From positions 4,278,001-4,342,000 of the forward strand of contig JBHGNT010000001.1 of NCBI GenBank assembly GCA_043228905.1: a DNA stretch of 64,000 nucleotides, given 5' to 3'. The notes beneath the pieces were generated by a model. That model searched no databases. It was given only the letters and a program-made list of their open reading frames with translations, and was not told where the DNA came from. The position numbers and the translations under genes are program-made. The DNA comes from Azolla caroliniana. Lineage: Eukaryota > Plantae > Polypodiophyta. This document shows positions 1-14,600 of this stretch, in pieces (the first letter of the stretch is position 1; each line of letters starts with the position of its first letter).

Positions 1-19
1 GCTAGATACAATGTGTTGC

Positions 20-3000
20 TCAGTTTATGACCAACCTTTGAGCTTCAGGAGTATTATTGGTGGTTATAGGTGCTGATTGCCTTGCTTTGACTTTGCACCA
101 CAATCCAGCCTTTGTGTGAAGAGTGGCTCCAGTAACAAGCTCTACTTCTTCTGGTGTCCCACGAAGCTCAAAGTTGAACTTTTGCAAAATCATTGCCAAT
201 GCCACTGTAGACTCCATCAAAGCAAACTGATCTCCCACACATTTCCGAGGACCCCCGCCAAAGGGTAAAAAGGCAAAATCTGCCATCACCTATGAAAATC
301 GAAATACCAAAACCAAGAGTTTGAACTCAGTTACCAATATTTTTACAGCATCTTTCTCTCTCACACACATTGCCATTTGAAGAGGCTTCATGACTTATAA
401 AATGGTATTTAATGATGTTATGAAGAAATTATCCACATTGTTATTGAGATATAGTAATGCTTAAATATTTACTGATGTCAAGATGGAGAAAATATTATCA
501 AACAGTACTAGTGGCATAATTTAACCTTTATAGGAAACCCATTAACATATCACATACCTCATTTGGATACAGGCTGCCTTGACCTCTGCTTGGATCGAAC
601 CCCGCCCAGCCATTGATGTCTTTTCTTATATTTGCATTAAGAAACCTTTCTGGTTCAAACTTTTCTGGACTATCCCAGAAGTAAGGGGATCGATGCAGAT
701 TATAAACCTGGAGAATAGAGAACAAGTTGTATAGTGAAACACTGAAGACTTTATTCAGCAATAAACGGTTGCCTTATTAACAATATATTTCTTCTCTTTA
801 GAGCTAGAGGAAAAGGTAAGAATTGCACTTCTTATGTGTGAAATATTCAAGATGAACATTTTCAAAAAGTTTTTATAGTTGAAACTAGACCTTACCGATA
901 TAAATATGTCCACACCTTGCGGTATATCATAACCATTCACATCACCATTAAATCCACCTGCAATCAATAAGGTTATGAGTTAAAGAGTAGTGATGCTGAA
1001 AATGTAACTACCCTACAATCTATTTGAAGAATACATAAGGCCTACTACTATTTGAGGCCTGAGCTTACCTAACTCAACCATGTAAGAGCAAGCAAAAACC
1101 AAGGTATTTCTACTTCGATTGAACATATATAATGACTGCACCAAGATTTAATAAATGAAATTCTACCAGTTTCACGACTTTAAAGTTTCATAACTCTCTA
1201 GAAATGAACAATGGCATGTATTCAATCACCAAATTGAAAGGAAAACTATTATATTACCTGGTAGACTATCAGGTTGTAAAGATCTCCTAATAAGCAATGG
1301 TGGTTGTGGATAAAGACGTAGGGACTCAGCAACAATAAGGCGTATATATCTGTTTACCAAATCGTGATGATGAATGAAAAATTATGAAAACTTTGAACCT
1401 CTTAAGAATCACAGATATTTTTATTACTGCAAGTTCTTGATATCAGCCAATACAGGTGTCCTTCCTTGTAGAACACGATCAATCTCTTCTTGAGCCTTCG
1501 CAATTTTTTCTGGGTTCTACTCATGAAACAAAAATAATGACAAAAAGTAGACAAAATTAATTTACAGCATGGAGCAGACAGATAAATCTTTTGTACAATA
1601 ACATATGACTATGACTCTGTACAATTTATGACAGTCAAGGGAATGTGGATCTTCCCACCAGAAAGATATATTAACGTCTTGATTGTTCGTTGTTTATGAG
1701 CTTGTGTGGTTGGATTGTTATCCTTAGGCAACTTCTCCATATGCCTTTTGAGTTCTTGCAAAGCCTTGGTTAAAGAGGCAATGGTATTTCATTGGTCCTA
1801 TGTTCCAACACCTTTCATAGAAGCCTTGGTTAAAGAGGAAATAATATCCCCTTGGTCCTCATATTTCATTACCTTGTGTAGTGGGCAAAAGCCTTGATTA
1901 AAGAGGCAATGGTATCTCCCTCTTATCTCATAGAAATTATTCCAATGGCAAATATGGTGTTCCTCAATTTTCACTCCTTGATCACACAATTGGGAAATTC
2001 TTTCTTCCAAAGATGTACATGCATATTTGCCTACCTCAATCTCTAAATGACGTGGAGAGATCAACAAATTTCTTTAACTTGTGTTCCTAACTAAGTGAAT
2101 AACATGCCTAATTTATGCACGCTATAGGTAGCCATTATGGGGCATAATTGGTTCTTTAAATAGCACCAAGAGCTGCATATCCACGAGAAAGTCGAGCATG
2201 GGCAGGCTACTGAAAGGAGAACCGAGGCCTCCTAGGTATGTGTAGGATAGTGTCTATCCCACCTTTTCATCTCAAGAAGAATTTTAATTTTGATCTTGTT
2301 ACCCACACTCCAGTGGTAATAAACACCATTACTATAGTTTATCTAGGTTTAAGGACAAACCTTTGTTTGTACAAAATTATTTCGAGGCATTTAGAGGAAT
2401 AGGAGAACAGCGTGATATCATAAGGAAATAACAATATCCCAAAGCACGAAATCTCTATGTAATCTGATACCTCATCAATATAGAGACCGTAGAGAGTGGG
2501 TGATAATGGGGATCCTTGTTTTACTCCAATTGTGCTAGCCCCCAATGGGCGATCACACTTTTCCTGACACGGATTCATACAGTGCAGAGATTTACATATC
2601 TACAGGGATGTCAAGGGTTTCTAGCCCCTGCATGAGCCAAGCATGAGGTACAATGTCGAAGGCTTTTCATAAATCCACAAAGCAGCAATAAATCTTCTTT
2701 TTATGGGTTCTGCCCTCCTCGATAAACACTGGAAGGGTCAATACTTGATCGAAAGTTATGAAACACTTTCGATAGCATACCTATTCAGATAAGCAGCTGC
2801 CATTCCTCTCTGCCCACTCAATTGTCACTCTAAGATTGAGCCATATAGTTTATTTAGCCAAGTATTAGCCAATCAAGATTGTCCTATAATTTCTCTGCAT
2901 GATGGAGTTGCCACTCTTGAAGATTGGCACAATGGCATGCTGTGTTCAGTTAGTAGGGAATGTCCCCCTCAAAAAAAGAATGCAGCCAACATTAAATCCC

Positions 3001-6000
3001 TTGATATCATAACTTTGGTAAGACGTTGACCTGTGCAAGCATAAAGGTAGACCATGTGAGCACTGCAGCTGTTGTTTCATGTCCAGCAATCAACATGGTC
3101 ATCAAATCATCTCGTAACTGAAAAACAAGAACAGATTTCTTTACTTTTCTTTTCTGGAACAGATCACAGCTACCAGACACTTTGATTTAGTTTTTCCAGG
3201 AATTTATTTCTTACTTGGAGATGTTTTTCCATGAAAAGAGGATGCAAGAACAATACCTGTCTATCATCTGCATCTTCTCCTCTCATGTCAACCATAAATC
3301 GTAATAAGCTCGCATCCTGCAGTAGAAAACGTAAGAGAGATGGTTATTTGACAATCTTTAATATATAAATGGACAAAGATAGACAGAGAAAATACACACA
3401 CACCTTAACTTTTGAATAGTCTCTTTGCTGCAATGCTTCAATATCTTCTTCCTGCATTGCAGCATTTTGGAGACTGTTGAATATAATTCTCGTTCAGAGG
3501 GATTCTAGTAAAGGATCCATCAACAATGATGAAATTAGTACCTGTCGTGTCTCTCGTGCCCTTCTGATTAGTCCATCGAGACAGTCATTTATGATTTGTA
3601 AATCCTGCTGAAATTTCCTTTGACGTGGAACTATCCAGTTTGCAAATGGAATTTTCCAATATGGAATATAAAATGTTGATCTATGCTCAGCCTCATAAAG
3701 CGTACCATAAACTGCCTACATTGCAAAAGCAAGTCAGACAAATTTGTACCTTGGCTTTTCTGTCACTTGGACAAGAAACTAAACCCCAGTTCAGAATGCA
3801 GATATTGAAACCAACAATAATACTATTAAAATGGACTTTATTACTAAATGATTAGTTGAGTCAATTTTTCGTAGAAAAGATGCATCAAGGAGTTCACCTT
3901 GTACATCAAGGAGCTTGGATATTTTAAGTCCCAGAATCTTATATATTCAAAAAAGAATAACACGCATCCTGTGTCCAGCTTTGGAACACAGTGCCCTACT
4001 TTAATATATTTGTTAGGATGAATCACCGAGGCAATAATGATTAGTTTTGAGACATTTTTCCATAGAAAAGATGTATCACAGAGTTCACCCTAGGAATCAC
4101 TCTTACGTTTTCACATTTCTAAGGGACAACGCATACCAAACATAGCTACAGTGAGCAAGGTTTCACCAGTGGAACCTATGTAATCCATAGGATTTCCTCA
4201 AGGATCATTTGAGGCTCAGAATCCCAAATAGTATAAACAAGAATACACCATGTGATGTCCAACCTTCAGTTTGAAATATTTACGCCCTAATTTAATATGT
4301 TTGTTTGGATGAATCATCAAGGCCAGGTCACAATGCTTTGTGTACAGGTACATCAAGATAAGCCCAATTATATTTTGCTTTATCATATAGGGGCTGTAAC
4401 CTAGTTATAAGACATGTTTTTACAAACCCCGTATCGGGCTCAAATCTCAATATGAATTACTCAACTATATGACATTGAGAAATTCAGGAGTTGAATGGAT
4501 GAATTCTTGGTCTCTGTAAATAACTCGACCAACTGAGCTCCATCTATCATGTTACTATAATTCCAGGAGGACAGGAAAATCTTTTGGCTCCATTATTTGA
4601 AGGTCACAAGAATAAAATGGTGATCACTATGTTTCTCAAGTTACATGATCTGTAATATGCTTTCAATCAAGGCAATGCCTAACATGAACTTTTGGCCTTT
4701 GTAGACAACCTGACCAACAGAGCTTCATCTGTCTCTTTACTATATTATACTTCTAGGACTATAAAAAATTATTTTGGCTCCAATGATTTGAAGGTTACAA
4801 GAATAAAATGGTGATCAATATGTTGCTCATGTTAAATGATCTGCAATATACTTTACATCAAGGCAATGCCTAACATGAAAGACTGACCTGAATAACAGGA
4901 GACATTTTGTTTACGCATTCAAAATCATAGTTGAACACGCTTAATCCAATAACATCTAGAGCCAAACTGGAATATTCTTGCTCCATATCTGCCTCCACAT
5001 AATCAGACTGCCTTTTTCCAGCCTCGACCAGTGTAGCCTCAAACTTGTTCACAGCTCTCATCGTGCATTCACTAAAAACTTTCACCATTGCCTCCAAGTA
5101 TGCAGCATGAAATGCAGGAACAATAGCTACCTCAAATTGTAGACACTTGTTTAGTTAGACAACCAGCAAATATAGTTGTTGCAAAGAGGATGCTACTAAA
5201 TTTAAGTGCATGGTTCAAAAAATACAATATTAACCCAAAATGCACTAAATATCACTTGCCCTGCCCCATGCACACTTTGAAGGACACTATCCAGTAAAAC
5301 ATATTTACCTCTTCTTCTCTGCTTCCAGGTATCTAAATCTGCAGGAATTAATCCTTTTCCCATTATTGGCTCCAAGATGTCTGCAAGTACCCCCTGAATG
5401 GAAATAGATGCTAGCAACAAACTCTATGAGATCACCCAAATTTCAAACCTTACAAAAAGAAAAACTAGAATTTCAACAAAACAACAAGGAGACTAGTAGT
5501 GTTTCAAAAGTTGAGCACAGAGAGTTAAATCAGAAACATGATACAACCACCTCAACTTCATCATCGTCACCAGAGTATTTATAAGAAACGGGAAGTGAAA
5601 GCTTACACCCTACTGTGAATATGTTCCTGCTCATACATGATTTCCACACGTTCTATGTTCACACCAGAATAAGATTCTTAAACGTGGCTGAGTGTTTTGA
5701 ACAAATGGCACGTGCACAACTACATTCCTAGGGATTTCCTCGAGTTAGGGAATGTCTATTAGCTTAAGCAAGAAGCACTTGATCCCAACAATCTGGATGG
5801 ACCTACTCTACCCTTAGTTGACACCTAGTAATATAGTTATATGTATGATCATAACACTGATGCGAGTGTGTGTATTGGAAAGTACCTTATCATATCCAAA
5901 AGCATTTTCACGGAGAATATGCCGAGCAACAATGGGGTCAGATACAACAACAAATGCCTTTGGGCCAAATGCAAGCTTGTAAACTGGGCCATGCTGAAAA

Positions 6001-7473
6001 CAATCATTTTACATTCAAAATAAAAAGGATAACATAATAATCTGAATCAATTAGATGCAGGATTGGTGATGATAGTAACCTCCAGAAACCAATCATACAG
6101 TGCAAAGAACAGGGGACGTGCAAATAGATCAGACACAGCACCCTCAGCCACTGGCATATTGGACAGGCCTCCTGCATTGAGAAGACTCGTCAAAAGGTTG
6201 CTGGCATTGTCCAAAACGGTACGCTGAACATTCTTCGTCTTCTTATCGCTCTCCTGCCCTGTTTGAGACCTGCAAACGGCAGAATAAACCTCACTTCAAC
6301 CAGAGTATAATAGGCAATGTCATGGAACACATTTGTGAGAACGCACACACCAGATGTTACATCACTATAAGTTACAGTAGATGAAGAGAACACGTTTATC
6401 AGCCTACAGTTCAGGGGTGAGGTGTGAACTTTGTAGAGAGAATAGCACCATAGAAAAGGGCCTAAATATAGACAACCTCGCTGACGGGTTTAAGGTTTCA
6501 CATTTTCTAGTGTGGCAAAAGGGGGCCAATTTTCATCAAGCTTCCCTAATTTGTTTACCATTAGAGCTTTTGTTGGCGAGATTTCACATACCTAGCTAGG
6601 TGCTATGGGGGAGGCTTTGAATTCCTAGTTGGGTTAGCCAGGGGCTTGTCTACCTTTCAGTGATCTAACACAATAAGCTGAGGAAATTCTTCTATGTAGA
6701 AAAGAACCTCCCCTCCAGGGCTAGCAACCCCATGATCCTGATACATCTAGCTAGTTATAGTCAGCCTCGGTCTACAAAGGCTCGTAATGTTAGGTCCAGC
6801 AACAATTGTGCAAGTGAAAATGTCTAAACATGCATATATAGTATTGAAAATAAAACATCTTTCGAAATGGCAAATTATCATCACAGGCACTTTTTTCATA
6901 TTCAGGCAACCCTAATCCATGGTATTGTTGGAATCAAGGAGTGATGATGTATAGAACTACTCGAGAATAAGCATTCGTATGTGGAAAAAACCCATGCAGG
7001 GAAATGACAAATGAACATATCATATATAGCAACTTTCTAATGGCTATAGGGAATCCTAAATCCATAATATGGTTAGAATTGTAGAGAGAAAATCCACAGA
7101 ACTTTTGTAAATGTACGAATGTGGAAAGAACCCAAGCGTGCCAATGGCAAATGAGCGTCACATAATAGCAATTCCCTTACACACCTATAGCAACTCCCAT
7201 TGCAAAAACTCGCTTTTGAATTTGAGGTACCCATGTGCGGAATAGAAAACAAACATCAATAGAAAGGTTCTGTAGCAGATCCTAGAACACGGTGAACAAA
7301 AACAAGTGTAATCTGTCACAACGATTAGAGTTTTTTTACCTGATGGGCGATGGGCCCACTCTGCGGCTATGGTTAATGAGGCTCTTCGGAACTCTGAGGA
7401 ACTCTCTCTTCTGAGGAGCATCCCTGAGGCAGGGGCAGCACACAGAGGCTGAGCTAGAAATTAAGCAAGGCAT
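20..7473 (-). CDS. CYP97B: Cytochrome P450 CYP97B (plastid carotenoid-hydroxylase family), 14 exons, ~595 aa
   Basis: Exons at GT-AG boundaries: 7340-7473, 6080-6269, 5886-5993, 5309-5393, 4888-5126, 3542-3715, 3404-3451, 3257-3316, 3031-3117, 1428-1516, 1258-1349, 896-957, 558-707, 20-289 (1788 nt, in frame). Motifs: [51 protein letters not shown], ExLRLYP, FEPERF and heme loop [10 protein letters not shown]. An in-frame TAA lies just upstream of the ATG at 7473. Confidence 0.95.
1760..2960 (-). mobile_element. Degenerate LINE (RTE/CR1-like RT and C-terminal Cys/His region) in a CYP97B intron
   Basis: Minus strand reads [57 protein letters not shown] (RT domains) and [24 protein letters not shown]. 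Stops and frameshifts present; boundaries approximate. Confidence 0.8.
4500..4878. repeat. Diverged ~190-bp tandem duplication in a CYP97B intron
   Basis: ttggctcc...gaaggt(c/t)acaagaataaaatggtgatca...tcaaggcaatgcctaacatgaa occurs at ~4583 and ~4773. Confidence 0.8.
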
Positions 7474-7543
7474 AGCTCGGGATTCAGGACAACCTTAATG
7501 TGTTTAGGATGCGTTTTGGGATTTAAGGAAATCAAGGGGCAGA

Positions 7544-7565
7544 GGGGGGGGGGGGGGGGGGGGGG
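7544..7565. repeat. G22 homopolymer ~70 nt upstream of the CYP97B ATG
   Basis: Direct count. Confidence 0.9.
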
Positions 7566-9185
7566 AAATGTCTGATTTTTTGGGGGTGCTTTTTTGTTTC
7601 TTGTTTGTGTTTTTTTTGCATTTGCATTTGCATGGACTCCTATTTCTGGCTGAAGATAAGGCCATTAATAAGTTAGCTCTGTTTTTTTTATCTTCCATTC
7701 ATGGCTCGCCTCCTCTTCTTCTTTTCGGTGGCATCTTCTCTTCTCAGGGAGGCGCATATCAAGTTCCGGGATCAAACCCAACAATTTTGTGACCGTCGCC
7801 CCGTTATCGGAATGTGAATTCGACACAATTTATGACCGGATCGCAACCTCCATTTTCACGTTGTTTCTACACTGGACGATCTGACCGTTCATCTCTATGC
7901 CTCGTATTCACGCGTTGCTTGGGTTAGCTACCACCTCGAGTTTCAAAACATTTTCAATCGATTTAAACTGCACACGGAATTCATACGGCTAAATTTTTAG
8001 GGATTTTTTAGTCTTTCTTAGCCGGAATGTAAGACGATAATGGAATTTTAAATGTTTACTTATACTTTGAAGCCTAAAATTTGTATAGCTATAATTATCC
8101 CTTATAAAGTTTACCATCGATTTTAGTGAATAAATGCGCATACGAGAACCTATATTCATTGGCTTACTTTTGTATTATACAGATTATTTATAGATTTCGT
8201 GGATAATATGCGTTATTGATTCTTTCCACTTCTAATCATAATGCACAACCTTGTTCCTTAAAGTCATGGAATAGACATTTTCCCATTAACTTAGCAGTGA
8301 GCACATGGAAAATGTGTATTGCGTGTGCTTACAAGAAACCTCCCCCCCTCCCACTATGAAACATCATTGGATCGTTTTCAATGTTTGAACACCACGTAAC
8401 AATACAATTGATTGTAGATGTATGGTTCACAAGCATCATATATATTTTAGTCAACCGCAAATTGTATGTATAGTTGGAGGCTAGAGCAACTGGTGGGTTA
8501 TCATAGTTATGTTACCCGGATAACTTTGTTATAAAATAGTACGTTGGGATAACTAGAGACAGGGTAGATTGGGGTTTATTTCAGTTTTGTTGGAGGTAAG
8601 GGCCGTGTGAGTTTTGCTGGGTTTTTTGTTGGTTTTGGAGTTGTTCCTTCGTGTTGTATATATTGATCCCACGGTGGATTTAGGTTGAACTTTGTTGTAT
8701 TTTGTTTGCTAACTAATGTGAACTAGTGTTTTTTTTGGTAAAAAAAACATTCATTCAGTAAACATGTGTAAATGAAAGGATAGTTTTATGTTTTATTGCA
8801 AACATGTGCACTTAGAAACAACTTTAAATAAATATATGATATATGAAGGATTGTTTTGTTCAAAGTAGTGATAAGAATAAAATTCCATATGGCAAGCCAT
8901 AAATGAAGCTTGCTTTGATGTTAAAAATGTAAAAGTTCACTCTATAAGAAAAAGTTATTAGTTTATCAAATGTAATGCCAAAACATTGGATGGTATTGGC
9001 TACAACACTTTGAACAACGTTCGAGTGTCAAAATCCTAAGTCAATATAACATATACACGAAGCAATGATATATAATCACAGAGAAACCAAATAAATACAA
9101 GGAATAATAAAATGTAATCATGATGAGTGTTATGTTCCATAGGTTTTTCATGTTGGTGGTAATCAAGGGTATGCTTATGATTGGG

Positions 9186-9680
9186 AGTTTTACCAAATTT
9201 GGTCACTTTTCTTGTTGTGTGATTACTCTTAAGTCGTGGAAATGTTGTTAGAATAGATTCAATAGCTTCGATAATCCCAATATATTGTGAAGCATAATGG
9301 AAATGTTGGAAATGCTTGTAGTCATACAACCATGGTAGCTAAAGGTCAAATATATTGTGAAGCCATGGTGATGAACATTTATTACATATGTTGATGAGCA
9401 CGTAGGAACGGAAGAATAATGATGTAGTAGTTATCCACGTATGGACAACTACATGGATGAATAATGAGAAACTAAAGTTGAGTGTTTAAGCCAATGATCG
9501 CATGAGATGGAAAGAAGATTCTTGTATGTGTTCACCGTTCTTTGTAGTTTTCTACTCTCAGTTTTTCAGATTTATTATTGGCCTATCATGGCTACAACTT
9601 TTATAATGTTGTTAGACTAATCATTTTGTCATGTATGTAAAATTTCTACTAATGAAGATTATTTTATTGGGTAAAAAAAA
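9186..9680 (+). mobile_element. Short 5'-truncated LINE 3' end with poly(A) and a ~19-21 bp TSD
   Basis: aagggtatgcttatgattggg at 9165-9185 and 9681-9701; A-run from 9673; residual FYQIWSLF..VITLKSWKC resembles the LINE ORF2 C-termini elsewhere in the window. Confidence 0.75.
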
Positions 9681-10489
9681 AAGGGTATGCTTATGATTGG
9701 GTAGCAATTTTGTTTAGGCCATTAGTGTTGGTTAATTATCATGCTCTAAAGTTGCTTTATATGGACTTTTAAATGTTCATAGTATCGATGCTTGATCATA
9801 GTGGAAGTGGCCCGTGGGCCATAACATATTATTTTATGGACATATATATTATCATGCCTAAATGGAGTTCACGAGAGCATGATACATACCATGTTCATTA
9901 CAATGACATTTGATAAATACGACAACAATATCTCTCCTCTCTATGCATCTCTTGCGTGTCATGGTTGACTCTACAATATATTGGCCACCATAATGCATGC
10001 AACAATGTGTTCCCAAGGCCATAAGTATCTATGAGTATTGTACGCTATTGATGAAAAAACACATACGTATCCATGCATACAAGTAACTATGGAATGTATC
10101 AAGAATTCTAGGATGGAGGATTAGACCTACAAAGCCATATGTCATAAGTTAAGATCATTCAAGTTGATACAATATGGAGAGATGGTAGTGATGCATGGAC
10201 TACCAAAAGTACAAGGCTAACGTGAAAATTGTTTAACCAATTATTGTTATTGAGCTCTATGAGTCATCGTCCTTCGAGGAGTTGCCTTTATGTTAGTTTG
10301 TCATACATACCTAAGAACAAATGGGTTTCTATATTGTCATCGACATTTCTATTATATGACAAAGAAGAAGAAGAAGAAGAAGAAGAAGAAGAAGAGAGAG
10401 GTGATGTATTGTCATGACTCATGAACGACATATAGGCTCACATTTCACATATTATATTAAATGTATTACACCAAACTCGGCACCACTAT

Positions 10490-10780
10490 TATGCTAGAGC
10501 TCATATAAGTTTTCTTCATTTGATTCCATATGATTTAGCTAAGACAGTGATCTATGAGAGTTGAGGACATTAGCTCATAAACGAGATCAAATGTGCATAC
10601 GTTGCCTTGAAGTAGCCCCAAAATTAGAGTATCACACATTGCTACAATGTGTTGCATTCACACTCAACTTTGTTTTGCACACGCATTGTCAAATTGGTCC
10701 ACATGTTTTCACATTCCTCTCACAATCACAACCCTCATTAATAAACTTCTTAAACATCACGTATAACGTGTAAAAATGTC
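10490..10780 (+). mobile_element. Degenerate LINE C-terminal fragment
   Basis: RDQMCIRCLEVAPKLEYHTLLQC resembles the CxxC..E.H.L..C motif at LINE ORF2 ends. Confidence 0.45.
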
Positions 10781-11614
10781 TCTCTTTTCTCCATAGGTTA
10801 TATTTGACCTTTCAGAATGATAATAAGACCCCCCCCCCCCCCCCCCCCTCTCCATATATGGAGATATGGTTAGAAGAAGCCTATTTTTCCTCCGTAAAAC
10901 TAAAGCCTCTCCCATCAATTCCAATTGCAATGCTCATTTGTAAAATTCTCGAACATCTAGAGCTACCACTTCAATCCCACACATATAATACCTGAAAATG
11001 TTAGACATTTGGTACCATAGGTTATATTCAACTTCCGAGTACAATAATAAAGCTATATGTATTTAGGAAAGAGCCTTCTCCTTCTCTATCTCTCTCTATA
11101 GATGACCTGGGCCTCTAAACTAGGAAGGGTTTCTTCTCTCCATAGATGGGATGGATATGGCTAAAAGAAAGTTGATTCTCTCTCTCTCTCTCTCTAAAGT
11201 CCCTCTGGTTGGGTTTCAAGGGTTTGGGAGGAGGAGGAGAAGACTCCATAGCTCGAAATGCGTCATCCCTACTATTATATTTAAAGCCTTTGTGTTTCCT
11301 TTTTTCAACGATTTTTCTTTTCGCAATTGAGTGAAAGGATTGATACGGCCGATCCGATCAAATCGCCCACTACCAAAAAACACTCCCTCCACTGAAGATC
11401 GCCATAGCCCACATCATCAAAACAGCAGAAAAACACAGAGGACCTTTACTTTCCCGAGTTTCAGACACGTTTTTTTTTTTTTTTTTCCTTTTTGACCTAA
11501 TTTCTCTCTCTGTATATCCACCTATCTATGCTAAGCTTCCTCCCCATCGTTGGAAAATATTTATTGGTATTATTTTTCTGTCAATGTTATGTCCGCCCTT
11601 TTGATCGCTAAGGC

Positions 11615-14600
11615 ATGGCCTCTTCACAGAACAATCAACAACAGCAGCAGCAACAGTCATCAGGTGTGAAACCGAATTTCAAGACCCCTGAAGGTCGATA
11701 TAACCTCTCTCATGAGAAGACCCATTTCCCTGGACTTCACTATGGACATGCCAAATCAGTCACTCAGGTTGGGCTCACAGATCCATTTTTTTTTCTTTCT
11801 CATAGTTAAAAACCTGTTAAGAAAATTTATATGCGCTTTTGCTACCTTTCTGAAAGCCCCAAAAATTAGAGTTTTTCTGCGAAATCTAGTTCATTTTTTA
11901 TGTTTATATATGGAATTCTGGTCCTATTTTAAACACCATGAGGGATTCAGTACGAAATCAATCAAATTTTCATGTTAAATGTTAAGAAGCTATATGGGCA
12001 TCACCACTTTTGGAACCCCAAAAAGGAAGACTTAGAAGGAATCATATTCATTTTTTCATGTTGACATCAGAATATATATGGGCTGTGGTTTGGTTTTAAA
12101 CACCAAAACGTGTTTTGATTTAGATCCATTTTTTCATGGATGGTATATGCGCATCTGTTCCCCTGTTTCAACTCAAAACCAAGAGTTCTAGTAGGAAATT
12201 TAATTTAGTTTTTCATGTAAAAATGCCAATAAAGTATTATGTGCCTTTCATCCTTTTTGAGCCCCAAAAAAGATTTCGGGCAGGACACTCAATCCATTTG
12301 CTCATCTTAAAATGGTAACATTTGAAACCCAAAAAGAGACTTTTTCAGGAATCGAATGACTGAGTTGATTTGATAGTTTTGTTTGCTTATATTGAAATCA
12401 ATGGTGATTTATGGATCTTGAGACAATACCAAATTAGTAACCAACATGAAACTTCTTTTTCTGTGTTTAAATGTAATGAAACTATTTGGGTTTTGTTCCT
12501 ATCTGTACCCGAAAAGGAGAATTGCTTTTGGCCTACACTAAAACCAATTCAATCCATAAAGATAGTTTCAGCAGGTTACCTTATTCTTTCATATCAGTAC
12601 ACATAGATTCACATGCCTTTTTCTCTTAATGGGGGATTGAAGGCTTATCTCTTAACGTAGGGCCTACAGGCAAGGGCCTGACCCCTGCTGAACATCCATT
12701 TGTAACCATAAAAACTGCTTGCAGCTAATGGCTACTAATTGATGTGGTCTAGATTTCTGCAAATATTTGAATGAAAAAAGCTGATGTAGCAATGCGTTTG
12801 GCTATCAATTAATGTGGCCTCATTACCATATCATCCATATGTCACTGTTGGTTTTAGTATATCCAGTAGAAAAACGTTACAAATTTTAGGTTTGTTAGTT
12901 CTATTTACCGAAACCAATGGTTAGATATGAGTGCTTAATAGGAAGGTGGGTCCAGAGTTGATTTCCTGACTTCTGGATTATGGGGAAGTCCTGACAAACT
13001 TGGTCAACCCCTCTGCCCCCACCCATGAACTCTGATTGCCATTATGGCAAGAGAAGGTGGGAATTGAGTTGAAGTCCTGATTTGTGGGTTCGGGAGGAAA
13101 GTTCTGAATCACTTGGTCAACCCCTGCGTCCCACCCTTGGTTCCGTCAAATGGAAATCAGTCATTATTAATGCTATTCCTGGATTGTTTGCAGGAATTCC
13201 TTATTTGATTTTGGCAAGACTTTGTAAGAAATATGCTACTTAATGTTAGGGCAGATTCCTGATATTTGTTTACTGAAGAAAATAATGTGGAATGTGGCTT
13301 AAAACAATAGCATAGTGGCAGGTTTTAGGAGCAACTAATGAAGTGAGGTACTAAGGGCTGAGCCTTTACACATATCTCAACTCTTTCCTTCTGATTATCT
13401 GGTGGATGTTCTTTCCTAGCCACAAGTTGAATGGCTATGGTTCGGATATAGAACTTAGGGGTTTGTACAATGCAGATATATAAAAGACGAGCTCGTAGCT
13501 ACATGTACGTATAATTCTTTGGGTATCAGTCATCAATCATGGATGTTCTCCATGGTGATGGTAGCTTTCATCCATGTTGTACACACTGGAAGCCAAGTTA
13601 TGTGACAGATGCCCCTGGATGTTGTACTGTTATCAAATATGTTCATGCCTGTAGGCAGCTTTCTCTAAGATTTGGATGTAGACCTTAGGGGTTTGCACAG
13701 TACATATTTATAAAGGACTAGTTAGTAGCTACACTTATTCAATCTGTCCTGACTCTCTCTAATAATGGATCTCCTTTATGCTAATGATAATTTTGATCCG
13801 TGTTATCAGCTCTGAAACCTAAGTTACGTGATAGAGGCCATTGATGTGGTACTAACATGTTATAGGTTCATTCCTCTAGCCAGATGATGGGGCTCAGTTT
13901 TGGGGATTATGTTGAGCCTTCATTGAACTCTAACCTTCTCCATGGATTTGTATTAATTAATCATATTTGTTTGGTTAATTAATTGATTAAGAGAGTTTGG
14001 TTCTAAGAGTAGATCATAATGTGAATTTTCATGGCCAATGAGCCTATTAATCATATTTGTTTGGTTAATTAATTGATTAAGAGAGTTTGGTTCTAACAGT
14101 AGATCATAATGTGAATTTTCATGACCAATGAATGAAGTAAGATTGAGCTTGTATATGTATATATTTATTTAGTCAGTTCATCTTATTCAGTAGTGTTTCG
14201 TTTTCCTTCAACAGGCTACCATGGCTCACCTAAAAGACAAGCCTATTGTAACATCCTCAGTGAGCAGTAACTCCATTGCTAGTAGTAGTGTGAAGACAGT
14301 GACATCTAGATTTCTTTTGAATTCTGTAAGTGCACCGAGAGCTTTAGGTTTTGGTGGAGGCAATGGTACTAGCAAAGTGACTGGAGGGGCTACAAAGTCT
14401 GCAGCAACATCCAATATTGGCACAGGCGCCATTAATGGTCCAGCTGTGCCAAGTTATGATGGAGAGGGCACATATATAATATTTAATATTGCTGATACCA
14501 TTTGTGTTAGTGACCACAATTCACATGATAAAGTAAGTATATGGTCGTTTATCTATTGAAAATTGTACCTTTCTTGGTTTGTATTTTATTGTTTGCCTGA

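Noticed and set aside
6591-6755. Possible small MITE (ctagctag termini, TA flanks)
   Set aside because: The terminal match is short and self-palindromic, so it could be chance
12940-13140. Two SINE-like units
   Set aside because: No convincing A/B boxes, tail or TSD; kept only as a tandem duplication
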